From Candidatus Dojkabacteria bacterium (GTDB taxonomy: Bacteria > Patescibacteriota > Dojkabacteria > SC72): DNA of 64,000 nt. The notes below the pieces were generated by a model. That model worked only from the letters and a program-made list of their open reading frames with translations, was not told where the DNA came from and did not search any database. Within the stretch, counting starts at the first letter, position 1; each line of letters opens with the position of its first letter. This document shows, one piece after another, positions 49,295 through 59,200 of this stretch. The translations under genes and the position numbers were made by a program. Location of the stretch: contig JAXGOY010000001.1 in NCBI GenBank assembly GCA_040767225.1, positions 31,128 to 95,127 on the forward strand, in the 5' to 3' direction.

Positions 49295-50098
49295 ATGAGA
49301 CAGCATGCTATACCACAAAACATTTTAGATGTTGAATTTAAGATTTTTACTAAGTTCACACTTAAAGAATTTGCTTACTTAGGAATAGGTGTAGGCATAG
49401 GAGGAGTATTTTTGTACTTTACAACTAAGGGACAGTTCCCTGGTATTGTAGGTGTTCCCCTGTTTATTCTCTTCTCAAGCATAGGGGTGTTCTTTGCACT
49501 TGTTCCAATAAATGATCAGCCTGCTGACAAGTTCATATCTAATTTCTTCTATGCAGTTAATCGTCCTACTCAAAGGGTATGGCTTAACAAAGAGTTAAAA
49601 GATGAAAGAACTAAACCTGCAATACAACCTGAAAAGAAAAAACAAAAAATATTTGGGGGATCTAAAATTGATCAAACAGGACAGGAGGTATATACTGAAA
49701 GTTCAGAGAAGAAGCAACCTGTACAACAAACTGTAGAGCAAGTAATTCCTTCTGCACAAGTTTCTACTAATGAGAAAATAATAATAAATGAAGAAAATAT
49801 ATCTAAGTATCAATTTAAAATTCAAAGTGTAGATAAACTACCTGGAAATATTAATCTGTGGTTATGTACAAAAGACAATCAGCCTATTCCTAATGTCCAG
49901 ACATATTTAAAAGACAAAGATGGAAAACTCCTTTATGCAAACAAAACAGGAAAGAATGGATACTTTCTTACTAATAAGGAGTATCCTGAAGGAATATATA
50001 ATATTGAATTTGAAGGAGCACCCTTTACAATACCTCCCATAAGTATTGTACTTACAAAAAATATGGGTAAATTACCTTATAGAATAGAAGTAAAATAA
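49295..50098 (+). CDS. Two-TM membrane protein with C-terminal beta-sandwich; candidate VirB3/TcpE/PrgI-like T4SS component
   Basis: TM hairpin FAYLGIGVGIGGVFLYFTT / PLFILFSSIGVFFALVPI near the N-terminus. C-terminal KDGKLLYANKTGKNGYFLTNKEYPEGIYNIEFEG is carboxypeptidase-regulatory-like. Directly upstream of the VirB4 gene. Confidence 0.4.
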   Translation: MRQHAIPQNILDVEFKIFTKFTLKEFAYLGIGVGIGGVFLYFTTKGQFPGIVGVPLFILFSSIGVFFALVPINDQPADKFISNFFYAVNRPTQRVWLNKELKDERTKPAIQPEKKKQKIFGGSKIDQTGQEVYTESSEKKQPVQQTVEQVIPSAQVSTNEKIIINEENISKYQFKIQSVDKLPGNINLWLCTKDNQPIPNVQTYLKDKDGKLLYANKTGKNGYFLTNKEYPEGIYNIEFEGAPFTIPPISIVLTKNMGKLPYRIEVK

Positions 50099-50742
50099 TG
50101 GACGCAAATGCAAGAGCAAGAACAACAGCATCAACACAAGATCACCTTGAAATAAAGGATATTGTAGATGATTTAGTAATTACTAAAAGCGGAACTGTAG
50201 CAATGGTAATCCAAACATCAGCAATTAACTTTGATCTTTTAGCTGAATATGAGCAGGATAGTAAAATATTTGCATTTGCAGGACTTCTTAATTCTTTAAA
50301 CTTCCACATACAGATATTAATAAGAACAAGAAGAATAGATATTTCTAATTATGTAGACTATCTTAAAAATCAAGAGAAAGCCGATATGACACCAGGACTA
50401 AAAAAACAGCTAAACATATATACACAATTTATTCAGAGATTAATTATTGAAAATGATGTACTTGATAAAAACTTCTTTCTAGTTATCCCTTACAACCCTG
50501 GAGGAAGTATGCCTACTGCTAACATATTAAAATCCAAAAAGTCTAAACAAGAAATTGAACAGAATATGCAAATGAAACAGAGTCAACTTTTAGAAAAAGC
50601 AAAAATATTTCTCTTTCCTAAAAGAGACCATATACTCAAACAGCTAAATAGAATGGGTTTGGGAGGAAAACAGCTTACAACAAAAGAATTAATTACAGAG
50701 TTTTACACTATATATAATCCAGAAGAAGAAAGAGGAGAATAA
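50098..50742 (+). CDS. Soluble 214-aa protein, unknown function; N-terminal motif resembles the start of VirB4-family proteins
   Basis: HLEIKDIVDDLVITKSGTVAMVIQTSAINFDLLAE parallels the VirB4 N-terminal segment (DHIVLLEDGSIMSIARIDGVAFELEE). Ends 1 nt before the VirB4 ATG. Confidence 0.35.
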   Translation: MDANARARTTASTQDHLEIKDIVDDLVITKSGTVAMVIQTSAINFDLLAEYEQDSKIFAFAGLLNSLNFHIQILIRTRRIDISNYVDYLKNQEKADMTPGLKKQLNIYTQFIQRLIIENDVLDKNFFLVIPYNPGGSMPTANILKSKKSKQEIEQNMQMKQSQLLEKAKIFLFPKRDHILKQLNRMGLGGKQLTTKELITEFYTIYNPEEERGE

Positions 50743-50743
50743 T

Positions 50744-53149
50744 ATGGCAGAAGATAATAAATATCAATCAAAAACAATAGAAGAATTAAAAGAAAAGGAA
50801 AGCTCTCTTACTGAGAATAAGTTTGCCACATTTACACAGGATTTAGCTAAAGACTTAGAACAGATTCAAGAGAAAAAAAATAATGAAAATAATCAACTAA
50901 ACCAGAAAGAAAGATACAATGATCCTGTTGATGAAAAGAAAAAAGAGGTAAAAAAGAATCCAATCCTTAAATTCTTAGATAATTTTATTCCTGAAGAGCA
51001 GAAAACTAAATCTCAGACAGCTGCACAACAACAACCAGTAGAAAGCAAAGTTAGTGAAACTAAATATGAAGGTTTAACACTTCAAGATATAATAGCTCCA
51101 ATTGATATTGAAGTTGACTTTAATCATTTACAAATGGGTGATTACTACTTCAGGACTTTCTTCATTAGTGGGTATCCCAGATTTGTTGGTCCAAACTGGC
51201 TTTCTCCAATTATCAATTTTGAGCACTCCCTGCGAATAAGTACATTCTACTACCCTGTTGATTCTAAAATAATAATGGAAAAATTAAAGAAAAAGATTGC
51301 AGAAATGGAAGCAACAATATATACACAAATGGAAGAAAGAAAAGTTATTGATGCTTCTTTAAAGGTAGCTCTATCTGATGCCCAGCAGCTTCAAGATTCA
51401 ATTGCAGAGGGAACTGAGAAATTCTTTCATTTTGCTATGTATATAACAATATATGCACCTAATAAAGATTTACTTGAAAAATACAGTCGTAATGTAGTAT
51501 CTACTTTAGCTGCAATAGGGGTAACTGCAAAACCTGCAACACTTCAACAAGAGCCAGGCTTCATTAGTACACAGCCATTAGGATTAGACAAGCTGTATGT
51601 AACAAGAAATATGGATACAACCTCTCTTGCTACTACATTTCCATTTGTTACATCTGAACTTACAATGGATCATGGAATTATGTATGGAATAAATATGCAT
51701 AACAAGAGTCTAGTTATTTTTGATAGATTTGAACTTGAAAATGCTAATTCTGTTGTATTTGCAAAATCTGGAGCTGGTAAAAGCTATTTTGTAAAACTTG
51801 AAGCACTAAGAAGCTTAATGCTTGGAACTGATATTATCATTATAGACCCTGAAAGAGAGTATGAAGATCTTTCAAGAGCTGTAGGAGGTTCATATATATC
51901 CTTCTCACAAGACAAAGGGGATAAAATGAATCCATTTGAGCTCTCAGGAGTATATGAAGAAGGTGAAGATGAGTTAAGAATAAAGATACAATCTCTCATT
52001 GGATTCTTTAAGATAATGTTTGATGGACTAAGCAATACTGAAATATCTATACTTGATAGAGCATTAATTCTTACATACAGAGAAAAAGGTATAACATATG
52101 ATCCTGCAACACAAAAGAACCCTCCTCCTATGCTTGAAGATTTATATAAAGTATTAAAGGGAATGGCAGAAGAAGAAGCTCATGACATGGCAAGAAGAAT
52201 GGAAAGATTTATCATTGGAAGTGGTGCTGGTGTATTTAATGAGGCTACAAACTTTGAAATAAATAATTCTTTTACAGTATTTAGTGTAAGAGATCTTCAG
52301 GAAGAACTAAAACCTTTATCAATGTATCTTATGCTTGACTTTATATGGACTGTAATAAGAAAAGAAAAAAAGAGAAGACTTCTCATAGTTGATGAGGCAT
52401 GGTATATGATGCAAAGAAAAGATTCTGCAGAGTTTATGTACTCCATAGCTAAGAGAGCAAGAAAATACTACCTCGGACTTACAACAATAACACAAGATGT
52501 TGCAGACTTTATGCATAATGATTTAGGTAAAGCAATAATTCAAAATGCATCAATGTCTATGCTGATGATGCAAAGCCCTTCTGCTGTAGAAGCAATTCAA
52601 GAGGTATTTCATCTTTCTGATGGAGAAAAAGCTTTCTTGCTAAACTGTGAAAAAGGTCAAGGATTATTCTTTGCAGGTCAAAATCATGTAGCAATGCAGG
52701 TCATATCAAGTGTACAAGAGAACACCCTTATCACCTCAGATCCAAGAGAGCTTGAGAGAATGAGATTAATGGGTGAAAAAGAGAAAAGCATCGAAGAGCT
52801 TTCTGCAATATTTGAGCCTCCTGCAACTCAAATGTCTGTATCTACAGAAACACCAAAGAATAAAGATCTGATAGAAAGAGCTGTAGGAAAGAGAAAAGAA
52901 GATATTAAAGAAATAAAAGAAGAAAGGGAGAAATATCAAGAGGAGTTAAAGAAACGATTAGAAGAACAAGATAGACAACTAAACCCTGATAAATATAACT
53001 CACAAAAAAGTATGGGACAATTAATTGAAGAAAATACTGTTCCAGGGCAAGTAATGAAAGAGAGAAAAGAAATTCAAAAAGGTAAAATGCATATTACCCC
53101 ACAAGGAGTAGTATCTGATGAAAATGAACAACAACCAAAGCAACAATAA
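50744..53149 (+). CDS. VirB4/TrbE/CagE-family type IV secretion ATPase
   Basis: 801 aa. CagE_TrbE_VirB-like block (YYFRTFFISGYPRFVGPNWLSPII). Walker A VFAKSGAGKSYFVK. Walker B RRLLIVDEAWYMM. K/E/Q-rich N- and C-terminal tails. Confidence 0.7.
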   Translation: MAEDNKYQSKTIEELKEKESSLTENKFATFTQDLAKDLEQIQEKKNNENNQLNQKERYNDPVDEKKKEVKKNPILKFLDNFIPEEQKTKSQTAAQQQPVESKVSETKYEGLTLQDIIAPIDIEVDFNHLQMGDYYFRTFFISGYPRFVGPNWLSPIINFEHSLRISTFYYPVDSKIIMEKLKKKIAEMEATIYTQMEERKVIDASLKVALSDAQQLQDSIAEGTEKFFHFAMYITIYAPNKDLLEKYSRNVVSTLAAIGVTAKPATLQQEPGFISTQPLGLDKLYVTRNMDTTSLATTFPFVTSELTMDHGIMYGINMHNKSLVIFDRFELENANSVVFAKSGAGKSYFVKLEALRSLMLGTDIIIIDPEREYEDLSRAVGGSYISFSQDKGDKMNPFELSGVYEEGEDELRIKIQSLIGFFKIMFDGLSNTEISILDRALILTYREKGITYDPATQKNPPPMLEDLYKVLKGMAEEEAHDMARRMERFIIGSGAGVFNEATNFEINNSFTVFSVRDLQEELKPLSMYLMLDFIWTVIRKEKKRRLLIVDEAWYMMQRKDSAEFMYSIAKRARKYYLGLTTITQDVADFMHNDLGKAIIQNASMSMLMMQSPSAVEAIQEVFHLSDGEKAFLLNCEKGQGLFFAGQNHVAMQVISSVQENTLITSDPRELERMRLMGEKEKSIEELSAIFEPPATQMSVSTETPKNKDLIERAVGKRKEDIKEIKEEREKYQEELKKRLEEQDRQLNPDKYNSQKSMGQLIEENTVPGQVMKERKEIQKGKMHITPQGVVSDENEQQPKQQ

Positions 53150-53326
53150 CAAAACAATATATCAATATAATGTAACTGCTAATTCGGACATTAACTATAC
53201 TAATATTCCCAAGATGAATAACAATGGGAATGGTACCCCCAACCCTCCAATACAAAAACAACCGTTTGAACCTGCACTAAAGAGAGCACAGATGGCATTA
53301 AAGCTGGTAAATCCTTTTAAAGGTGT

Positions 53327-54445
53327 TTAACTTAAAGGACCTTGATCAGGAAGAACATACTGTTTGAGATTATCAGGTGTAATTACAATAGGAATACTCT
53401 TTCCACTCACAATTTCCCTTGCTGCACTTCTAAGTAGTGTTGCAATATTCCTTTCAAGCTGACGTATACCTGCATCAAAACCAACTGGTCTTATAATCAA
53501 AGGCCATACATCTTCAGATATTTGAATGTATTCAGGAGGCAATCCCATAGATGCTAATGTTCTAGGAAGTATATATGATTTAGCAATAATCTCTTTCTCT
53601 TGATCACTATAACTTGTAAAACGAATAACCTCGAGTCTATCAAGCAATGCAGCAGATAGCCCTCCTAAGTTATTTGCAGTACATATAAAGAATACTTGAG
53701 ATAAATCGACAGGATAGTCAATATAATGATCTACAAATGTAGAGTTTTGCTCAGGATCAAGTATCTCAAGCAGTGCAGCCATCATATCATTCTGAACACC
53801 TTTGTTCTGACTTGATTTTTCAATTTCATCTATAAGAATAACAGGATTCATAGTACCAGCTCTTACTAAAGACTTTATAATCTGCCCAGGTTCCGCATCA
53901 GGCTCATGTCTAGGAACACCTCTAAGTGTCCTTACATCTCCCACTGCCCCAAGAGATATTCTTGCAAACTTTCTTCCCATTGCTTTTGCTATTGATTGTG
54001 CAATAGATGTTTTTCCAACACCCTGAAGACCTACAAAAAGTAAAGTAGGTATTTGTGGTGAATTATCTGTAACATTTCCACCTCTAGCTCTTTGCATATT
54101 TTTCAATTGCATTACTGCAAGATAATCAAGAATCATCTCCTTTATAGTATCCATACCATAATGAGTAGAATCCATCATTCTTCTTGCATTTTCTATATCC
54201 AGATTATCCTTAGATACAACTCCCCATGGGATTCTTGTAATCCAATCAACATATTTATCTACACTCTCAAACTCAGAGCTATAATTACCAAGCCTAGCCA
54301 TTCTCTCAAGCCTTTGGATAGTTTTCATCGTCTGCTCTTTTAGCTCAATAGGGGCATTAGAAGATGCCAATTTATTCTGAAGCTCAACTATCTCAGACAT
54401 TACATTATCATTTACTGTTGTGTAATCCATATCAAAATATATCAC
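53327..54445 (-). CDS. Lon-type AAA+ ATPase module without a protease domain
   Basis: LLFVGLQGVGKTSIAQSIAKAMGRKFARISLGAVGDVRTLRGVPRHEPDAEPGQIIKSL...ILIDEIEKSS...LLEILDPEQN...LLDRLEVIRFTSYSDQEK aligns along the Lon ATPase. The protein ends where the S16 peptidase domain would begin. Confidence 0.7.
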   Translation of the reverse strand: MIYFDMDYTTVNDNVMSEIVELQNKLASSNAPIELKEQTMKTIQRLERMARLGNYSSEFESVDKYVDWITRIPWGVVSKDNLDIENARRMMDSTHYGMDTIKEMILDYLAVMQLKNMQRARGGNVTDNSPQIPTLLFVGLQGVGKTSIAQSIAKAMGRKFARISLGAVGDVRTLRGVPRHEPDAEPGQIIKSLVRAGTMNPVILIDEIEKSSQNKGVQNDMMAALLEILDPEQNSTFVDHYIDYPVDLSQVFFICTANNLGGLSAALLDRLEVIRFTSYSDQEKEIIAKSYILPRTLASMGLPPEYIQISEDVWPLIIRPVGFDAGIRQLERNIATLLRSAAREIVSGKSIPIVITPDNLKQYVLPDQGPLS

Positions 54446-54488
54446 ATATACTATGAGGATTCTTGACCTATAACATCAAATAACATAC

Positions 54489-55778
54489 TTACTTCAAACC
54501 ACTTAAAACAGCCTCCTTAACAGCATTAGCAGCATACTTCATATCAGACTCATTATTATATATTCCTAAACTAAATCTTAATGTAGGACCAATCTTAAAT
54601 CTATCATGCAGTGGTTGTGCACAATGGAAACCCTCTCTAAAACAAATTCTCTTTTTATTAAGTAAATCTACAATACCTTCTCCATCTTTCTTTGTTTGAA
54701 TACTTTCAACATCTTTACACCCTCTAAATCTGAAACCTTTTATAGTAAATGCAATACTCCCATATTTCTGAGAAATATCATCAGGACCAAAATGAACAAA
54801 CCAATCTATTCCATTAAACTCATTTAAAAAATACCCTATTAACCCCTGTTCATGATTAATTATCATATCCCATCCCCCAACCATATCAACACGACCCTTA
54901 AGCCACTCAATTGCAGCACCCAAACCAATTCCTCCTGCAATATCAGGAGTACCAGCCTCAAATCTCCATGGCAGTTCATTGTATTCAAAACCCTTTTTCG
55001 TAACTAAAGAAACCATCTCTCCACCACCCATCCATGGAACAAGGTCTTCAAGATATTTCATATTTACATACACAGCACCACTTCCTGTAGGCCCATACAC
55101 CTTATGTCCAGAAAATACTAATGCATCACAACCCAAACTTTTAACATCAACAGGTACTCTAGCAATGCTTTGTGCAGCATCAAGCATTGTAAAAGCATCT
55201 ACCTTCTTAGCAATCTTAAATATCTCCTCTACATCATTCTTAACACCCAATACATTTGAAATATGAACAACAGATACAATCTTTATCTTCTCCCCCTCCT
55301 TTTTAACTAAATCCTTAAACCAATTTAAATCTAATGTGTAATCATCTTTTACAGGTATATACTCTATTCTAAACTTTATCTCTTTTTGCAACAGCATCCA
55401 TGGAATAATATTACTGTGATGCTCCATCTCTGTAATTACAACAATATCCCCATCAGAAAGAAGCTTTCTTCCTACAGTATTAACAAGAAAATTTAATCCT
55501 TCGGTACTGTTTCTTACAAAAAATATCTCTTTATATGAATCTGAATTTATAAAATCAGAAACAGTTTCGTGAGCCTCTTGCCAAAGATTAGTAGCATTAA
55601 TAGAAAGGTCATATGGACCCCTATGAATATTAGCATTCTCCTGCTCATAATACTGATTAATCCTATCTATAACCTCTTGAGGTTTCTGAGTGGTAGCAGC
55701 ACTATCAAGATATACAAGTCCCTTACCTAAGAATTTATCTTTTAGAATAGGGAACTCTTTTCTAATATCTTCAAACAT
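54489..55778 (-). CDS. sufS: Cysteine desulfurase (SufS/CsdA-like class V aminotransferase)
   Basis: 429 aa, PLP-Lys block ALVFSGHKVYGPTGSGAVYV and the RFEAGTPDIAGGIGLGAAIEWL motif. Confidence 0.8.
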   Translation of the reverse strand: MFEDIRKEFPILKDKFLGKGLVYLDSAATTQKPQEVIDRINQYYEQENANIHRGPYDLSINATNLWQEAHETVSDFINSDSYKEIFFVRNSTEGLNFLVNTVGRKLLSDGDIVVITEMEHHSNIIPWMLLQKEIKFRIEYIPVKDDYTLDLNWFKDLVKKEGEKIKIVSVVHISNVLGVKNDVEEIFKIAKKVDAFTMLDAAQSIARVPVDVKSLGCDALVFSGHKVYGPTGSGAVYVNMKYLEDLVPWMGGGEMVSLVTKKGFEYNELPWRFEAGTPDIAGGIGLGAAIEWLKGRVDMVGGWDMIINHEQGLIGYFLNEFNGIDWFVHFGPDDISQKYGSIAFTIKGFRFRGCKDVESIQTKKDGEGIVDLLNKKRICFREGFHCAQPLHDRFKIGPTLRFSLGIYNNESDMKYAANAVKEAVLSGLK

Positions 55779-55797
55779 ATTAATTACATTGTTTAAT

Positions 55798-56385
55798 TTA
55801 AAAATTCTTCCATATTTTACTCGCTTGTACTGTCAAATCACCAACATACTTACTATTTAAACTTTTACTACCATATGGCTTCTCGCAAGGAGTATCAAGC
55901 TCCTCAAAAGCAATTTGTGCAATCTTCATACCTACATATATTCTAATAGGAAGAGGAGAAAGATTAACCATTTCTAGTGTTAATCTTAATTTGTTTCCTG
56001 GATCTAAAAATCCAGCAGTAGCATGTATAATTAACCCTATTCTTGCAAGAGAGCTCTTTCCTTCAAGTCTTCCAACATGTTTACTATCTACTCCCGTTAT
56101 CTCAATGACATTAGCAAGTACAAGCTGGTGTGGTTCTATTACAAATCCGCTATCACTTATCTGTGTTCTAATCATTAATTCATCAACAGGTTTCTTAACA
56201 TCAATAATATTATTTCCATTAGTATTAAAATACATAATATTTTTATCAAGATGTAAATCATATGATGCAGGCTGAAGACTATCTTGTGAGAATGGAGATA
56301 TACTTATCTCTCCTGTATTAATTTTTTCCTTAATGCTTTTATCAGAAAGTATCATATTTAAAACTTTTAATTTAACTCCTATCAA
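55798..56385 (-). CDS. dcd: dCTP deaminase
   Basis: 195 aa, dUTPase-fold motifs (GFLDPGNKLRLTLEMVN, IYVGMKIAQIAFE). Confidence 0.8.
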   Translation of the reverse strand: MIGVKLKVLNMILSDKSIKEKINTGEISISPFSQDSLQPASYDLHLDKNIMYFNTNGNNIIDVKKPVDELMIRTQISDSGFVIEPHQLVLANVIEITGVDSKHVGRLEGKSSLARIGLIIHATAGFLDPGNKLRLTLEMVNLSPLPIRIYVGMKIAQIAFEELDTPCEKPYGSKSLNSKYVGDLTVQASKIWKNF

Positions 56386-57966
56386 TAAACTGATCTCTTG
56401 ATGCAGGATCAGGCATTTCTATTTTTCTTAGTAAAGGATACCATATACTATCATTACTATTTAATAACTCTAACCATTTGTATACTAGTGCTCTGTATGC
56501 AATATGACCTCCTCTTGCACTTCGCAAACTAATTGTATACTGCAGGTCATCAATAGAAGCATAGAAACAGTATCTAGTTGCATGAGCATGAGGAAGAAGA
56601 TATTTAGTAAACTCCTGAGAGTACTCCTCGGACACAACTTTAAGTGAATCATTTCTCCATCTCTTTATCATATTATATGTTCCTATTAAAGCTTTCTCAT
56701 ACTCTTTCTTTAATTCGGACATCTCAGGTATATCAAGATAATTACATAGGAAGAAGCAATCCTTGCTATCTCTGTTTAACTCATTATCAATATCTATCTC
56801 ATCATGTAAAAGTGGTATAAATCTCTCAAAACTCCTATGTCTATTTAAATCTTTTAATGTACATAATGCAGACATACCCTCTATCTTAATTGAACCACTC
56901 TGTCCAAGATTGCCTATAAGGTTGTGCTGATTATGATTCTTAAAAAGAACTTCACCAATATATTCAGAATCTTCATCATCAAATTCAAGCTCATTCTCAC
57001 TACCCAATGGATTTATTAATAGCTCATAATGAGTAAAAAGGTCTTCTACTGCATTATCGTTATAACTAACAGTACATGAATCACTCTCACTTCCTTTATT
57101 AATATATTGCCTTTGTGCTGAAACCTTTTTCCTAAGATACTCTAGTATCTCTTTGGTAGAGTCCTTTCTTGAATAATTAGCCTCAGTGTGCCTTACAAGA
57201 CCATCAGCTTCCCTAATATACCCATCTATATTTACATCAGAATCTCCAAGCAAGTTATATATCAACTTTCCCACCTCTCTATCTACAATACTATCCCCTG
57301 CATTAAGATATGATATTAACTCAGACCAGTTTCTTGCAGACATGACTGCTGCCATACTTGTCTGCACTCCATATGGAAGAAGGTATCTTGCACAATCAAA
57401 ACTTCTTGCCTGTAATGCAGATTTTTCTTCTTTAATATCCTCATTAATATTAAAATACTCCTTAAATATCTCCTTTGTCTTTTTTAACAAAACAGAGTAA
57501 TCATCCATCTGTTTTAAGATTATATTTTCATACTCTTTCCTAATCTCTTGGTTATTACAAATCTCCTTAGGAATTTTAATATACTTAGGTTCTTCAAAAT
57601 TCTGATATCTTGTAGACCTTTCCTGACCTGATATTACAGAATTAAGATAGAATATTTTCATTGCAGAAAGCATTGGAATATTTTCAATACATACAAAGAG
57701 CTGAGCCATATCACCTACAGATTTATGACCATATCCATGAAATATCGCTTCTAGTCTTTGTGCAGCATCAGTATTATTCTTAATAATTTCAGATGCAATA
57801 TCAATTACACTATCAGAAGATTACTGTATCTTGCACCTAAATATGCATTGATAGAGGGCTGTTTTTGATTAACATTCTCAAGAAGAGTACGAACCTTAAA
57901 CTGATTCCAGTCAGCTTCAGACTCTATACTTGCTATTTGTATATCTTTTCTAAATGTACCTTTCAT
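56372..57966 (-). pseudogene. thyX: Long two-lobed flavin-dependent thymidylate synthase (ThyX-like) interrupted by one frameshift
   Basis: ORF 56372-57709 (open to 57820) carries FHGYGHKSVGDMAQLFVCIEN, ARSFDCARYLLPYGVQT...SARNWSELISYL, RHR in LNRHRSFERF and LPHAHATRYCFYASIDDLQYTISLRSARGGHIAYRAL. A separate 53-codon ORF 57805-57966 (MKGTFRKDIQ...INAYLGARYSNLLIV*) encodes the ThyX N-terminus in another frame. The gene is flanked by dcd and glyA. Confidence 0.55.
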
Positions 57967-59200
57967 ATTCCTGTATATTAAAATCCTTACTAAAATCTCT
58001 CACCTCATCTTTAATTCTCTTAAGATTATCCTCAGAGCTATCATTTAGTGCCCTGTATATATACTCTGAGATTTGGAACATATCTTTTTCTTTCATACCT
58101 CTTGTAGTAACAGCAGCACTCCCTATCCTTACACCTGAAGGATCCCATGGTTTTCTTTCATCAAATGGTATTGCATTTTTGTTTAATGTAATATTTACAG
58201 ATTCTAGAATATCAGAAACCTCTTTACCACTCTTTCCTATACTCTTAATCGTATCTACTAAAAACATATGATTATCAGTACCACCAGATACAATATTAAA
58301 CCCTTTATCTGCTAAAGAAGATGCCAAAGTTTTTGCATTACTAATTACTTGTTTTGCATATTCCTTAAACTCATTACTTTGAGCTTCTTTTAAGGCAACA
58401 GCTATGCCTGCTGTAATATGATTATGAGGACCTCCTTGAAGCCCTGGAAATACTGCCTTATCTATTAACTCTCCATACTCTTCCTTGCACATAATTATAG
58501 CTCCTCTTGGACCTCTGAGAGTTTTATGAGTAGTTGTTGTAACTACATCTGCAATACCTACAGGAGAAGGATACAGTCCTGCTGCAACAAGTCCTGCAAC
58601 ATGTGCTATGTCAGCAACAAGTATTGCACCAACCTCATCAGCAATCTTTCTAAATTCATTCCAATCAACTATTCTTGAATATGCACTAAACCCGCTCCAT
58701 ATGAGTTTTGGTTTATGCTCCAGAGCTATTCTTCTTACATCATCATAATCAATATATCCCTCTTTATTTACACCATAACTTACTGAATCAAAATATTTCC
58801 CACTTATAGATACCTTAAAACCATGTGTAAGATGCCCTCCTGCTGAAAGATCCATTCCCATTGTTCTATCTCCTGGTTTAAGGAATGCAAAGTGTACAGC
58901 TAAATTAGCAGGAGAGCCAGAATATGGCTGAACGTTTACATGTTCTGCACCAAAAAGTTCTTTTGCTCTATTAATACATTCTTCTTCTATTTTATCAATA
59001 TACTCATTACCACCATAATATCTTTTATGTGGATATCCTTCTGAGTATTTGTTTGTAAGTATACTCCCCATTGCTTTAAGTACATCTTCACTTACATAAT
59101 TCTCAGAAGCGATAAGCTCTATTCCTTCTTTCTGTCTTTTAGATTCCTCTTGTATATATTCAAATATTTCATCTTTATACATTTCTTTTATACATCTCAA
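57950..59200 (-). CDS. glyA: Serine hydroxymethyltransferase
   Basis: 416 aa. YSGSPANLAVHFAFLKPGDRTMGMDLSAGGHLTHG, and PLP-Lys TTTTHKTLRGPRG. Confidence 0.95.
   Translation of the reverse strand: MRCIKEMYKDEIFEYIQEESKRQKEGIELIASENYVSEDVLKAMGSILTNKYSEGYPHKRYYGGNEYIDKIEEECINRAKELFGAEHVNVQPYSGSPANLAVHFAFLKPGDRTMGMDLSAGGHLTHGFKVSISGKYFDSVSYGVNKEGYIDYDDVRRIALEHKPKLIWSGFSAYSRIVDWNEFRKIADEVGAILVADIAHVAGLVAAGLYPSPVGIADVVTTTTHKTLRGPRGAIIMCKEEYGELIDKAVFPGLQGGPHNHITAGIAVALKEAQSNEFKEYAKQVISNAKTLASSLADKGFNIVSGGTDNHMFLVDTIKSIGKSGKEVSDILESVNITLNKNAIPFDERKPWDPSGVRIGSAAVTTRGMKEKDMFQISEYIYRALNDSSEDNLKRIKDEVRDFSKDFNIQEYERYI

Noticed and set aside
53118-53330. 70-aa Asn-rich ORF overlapping the 3' end of the VirB4 gene
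   Set aside because: It overlaps the VirB4 coding sequence by 32 nt and has a low-complexity N/P-rich translation with no recognisable motif. It cannot be distinguished from chance in AT-rich DNA, so it was left uncalled.
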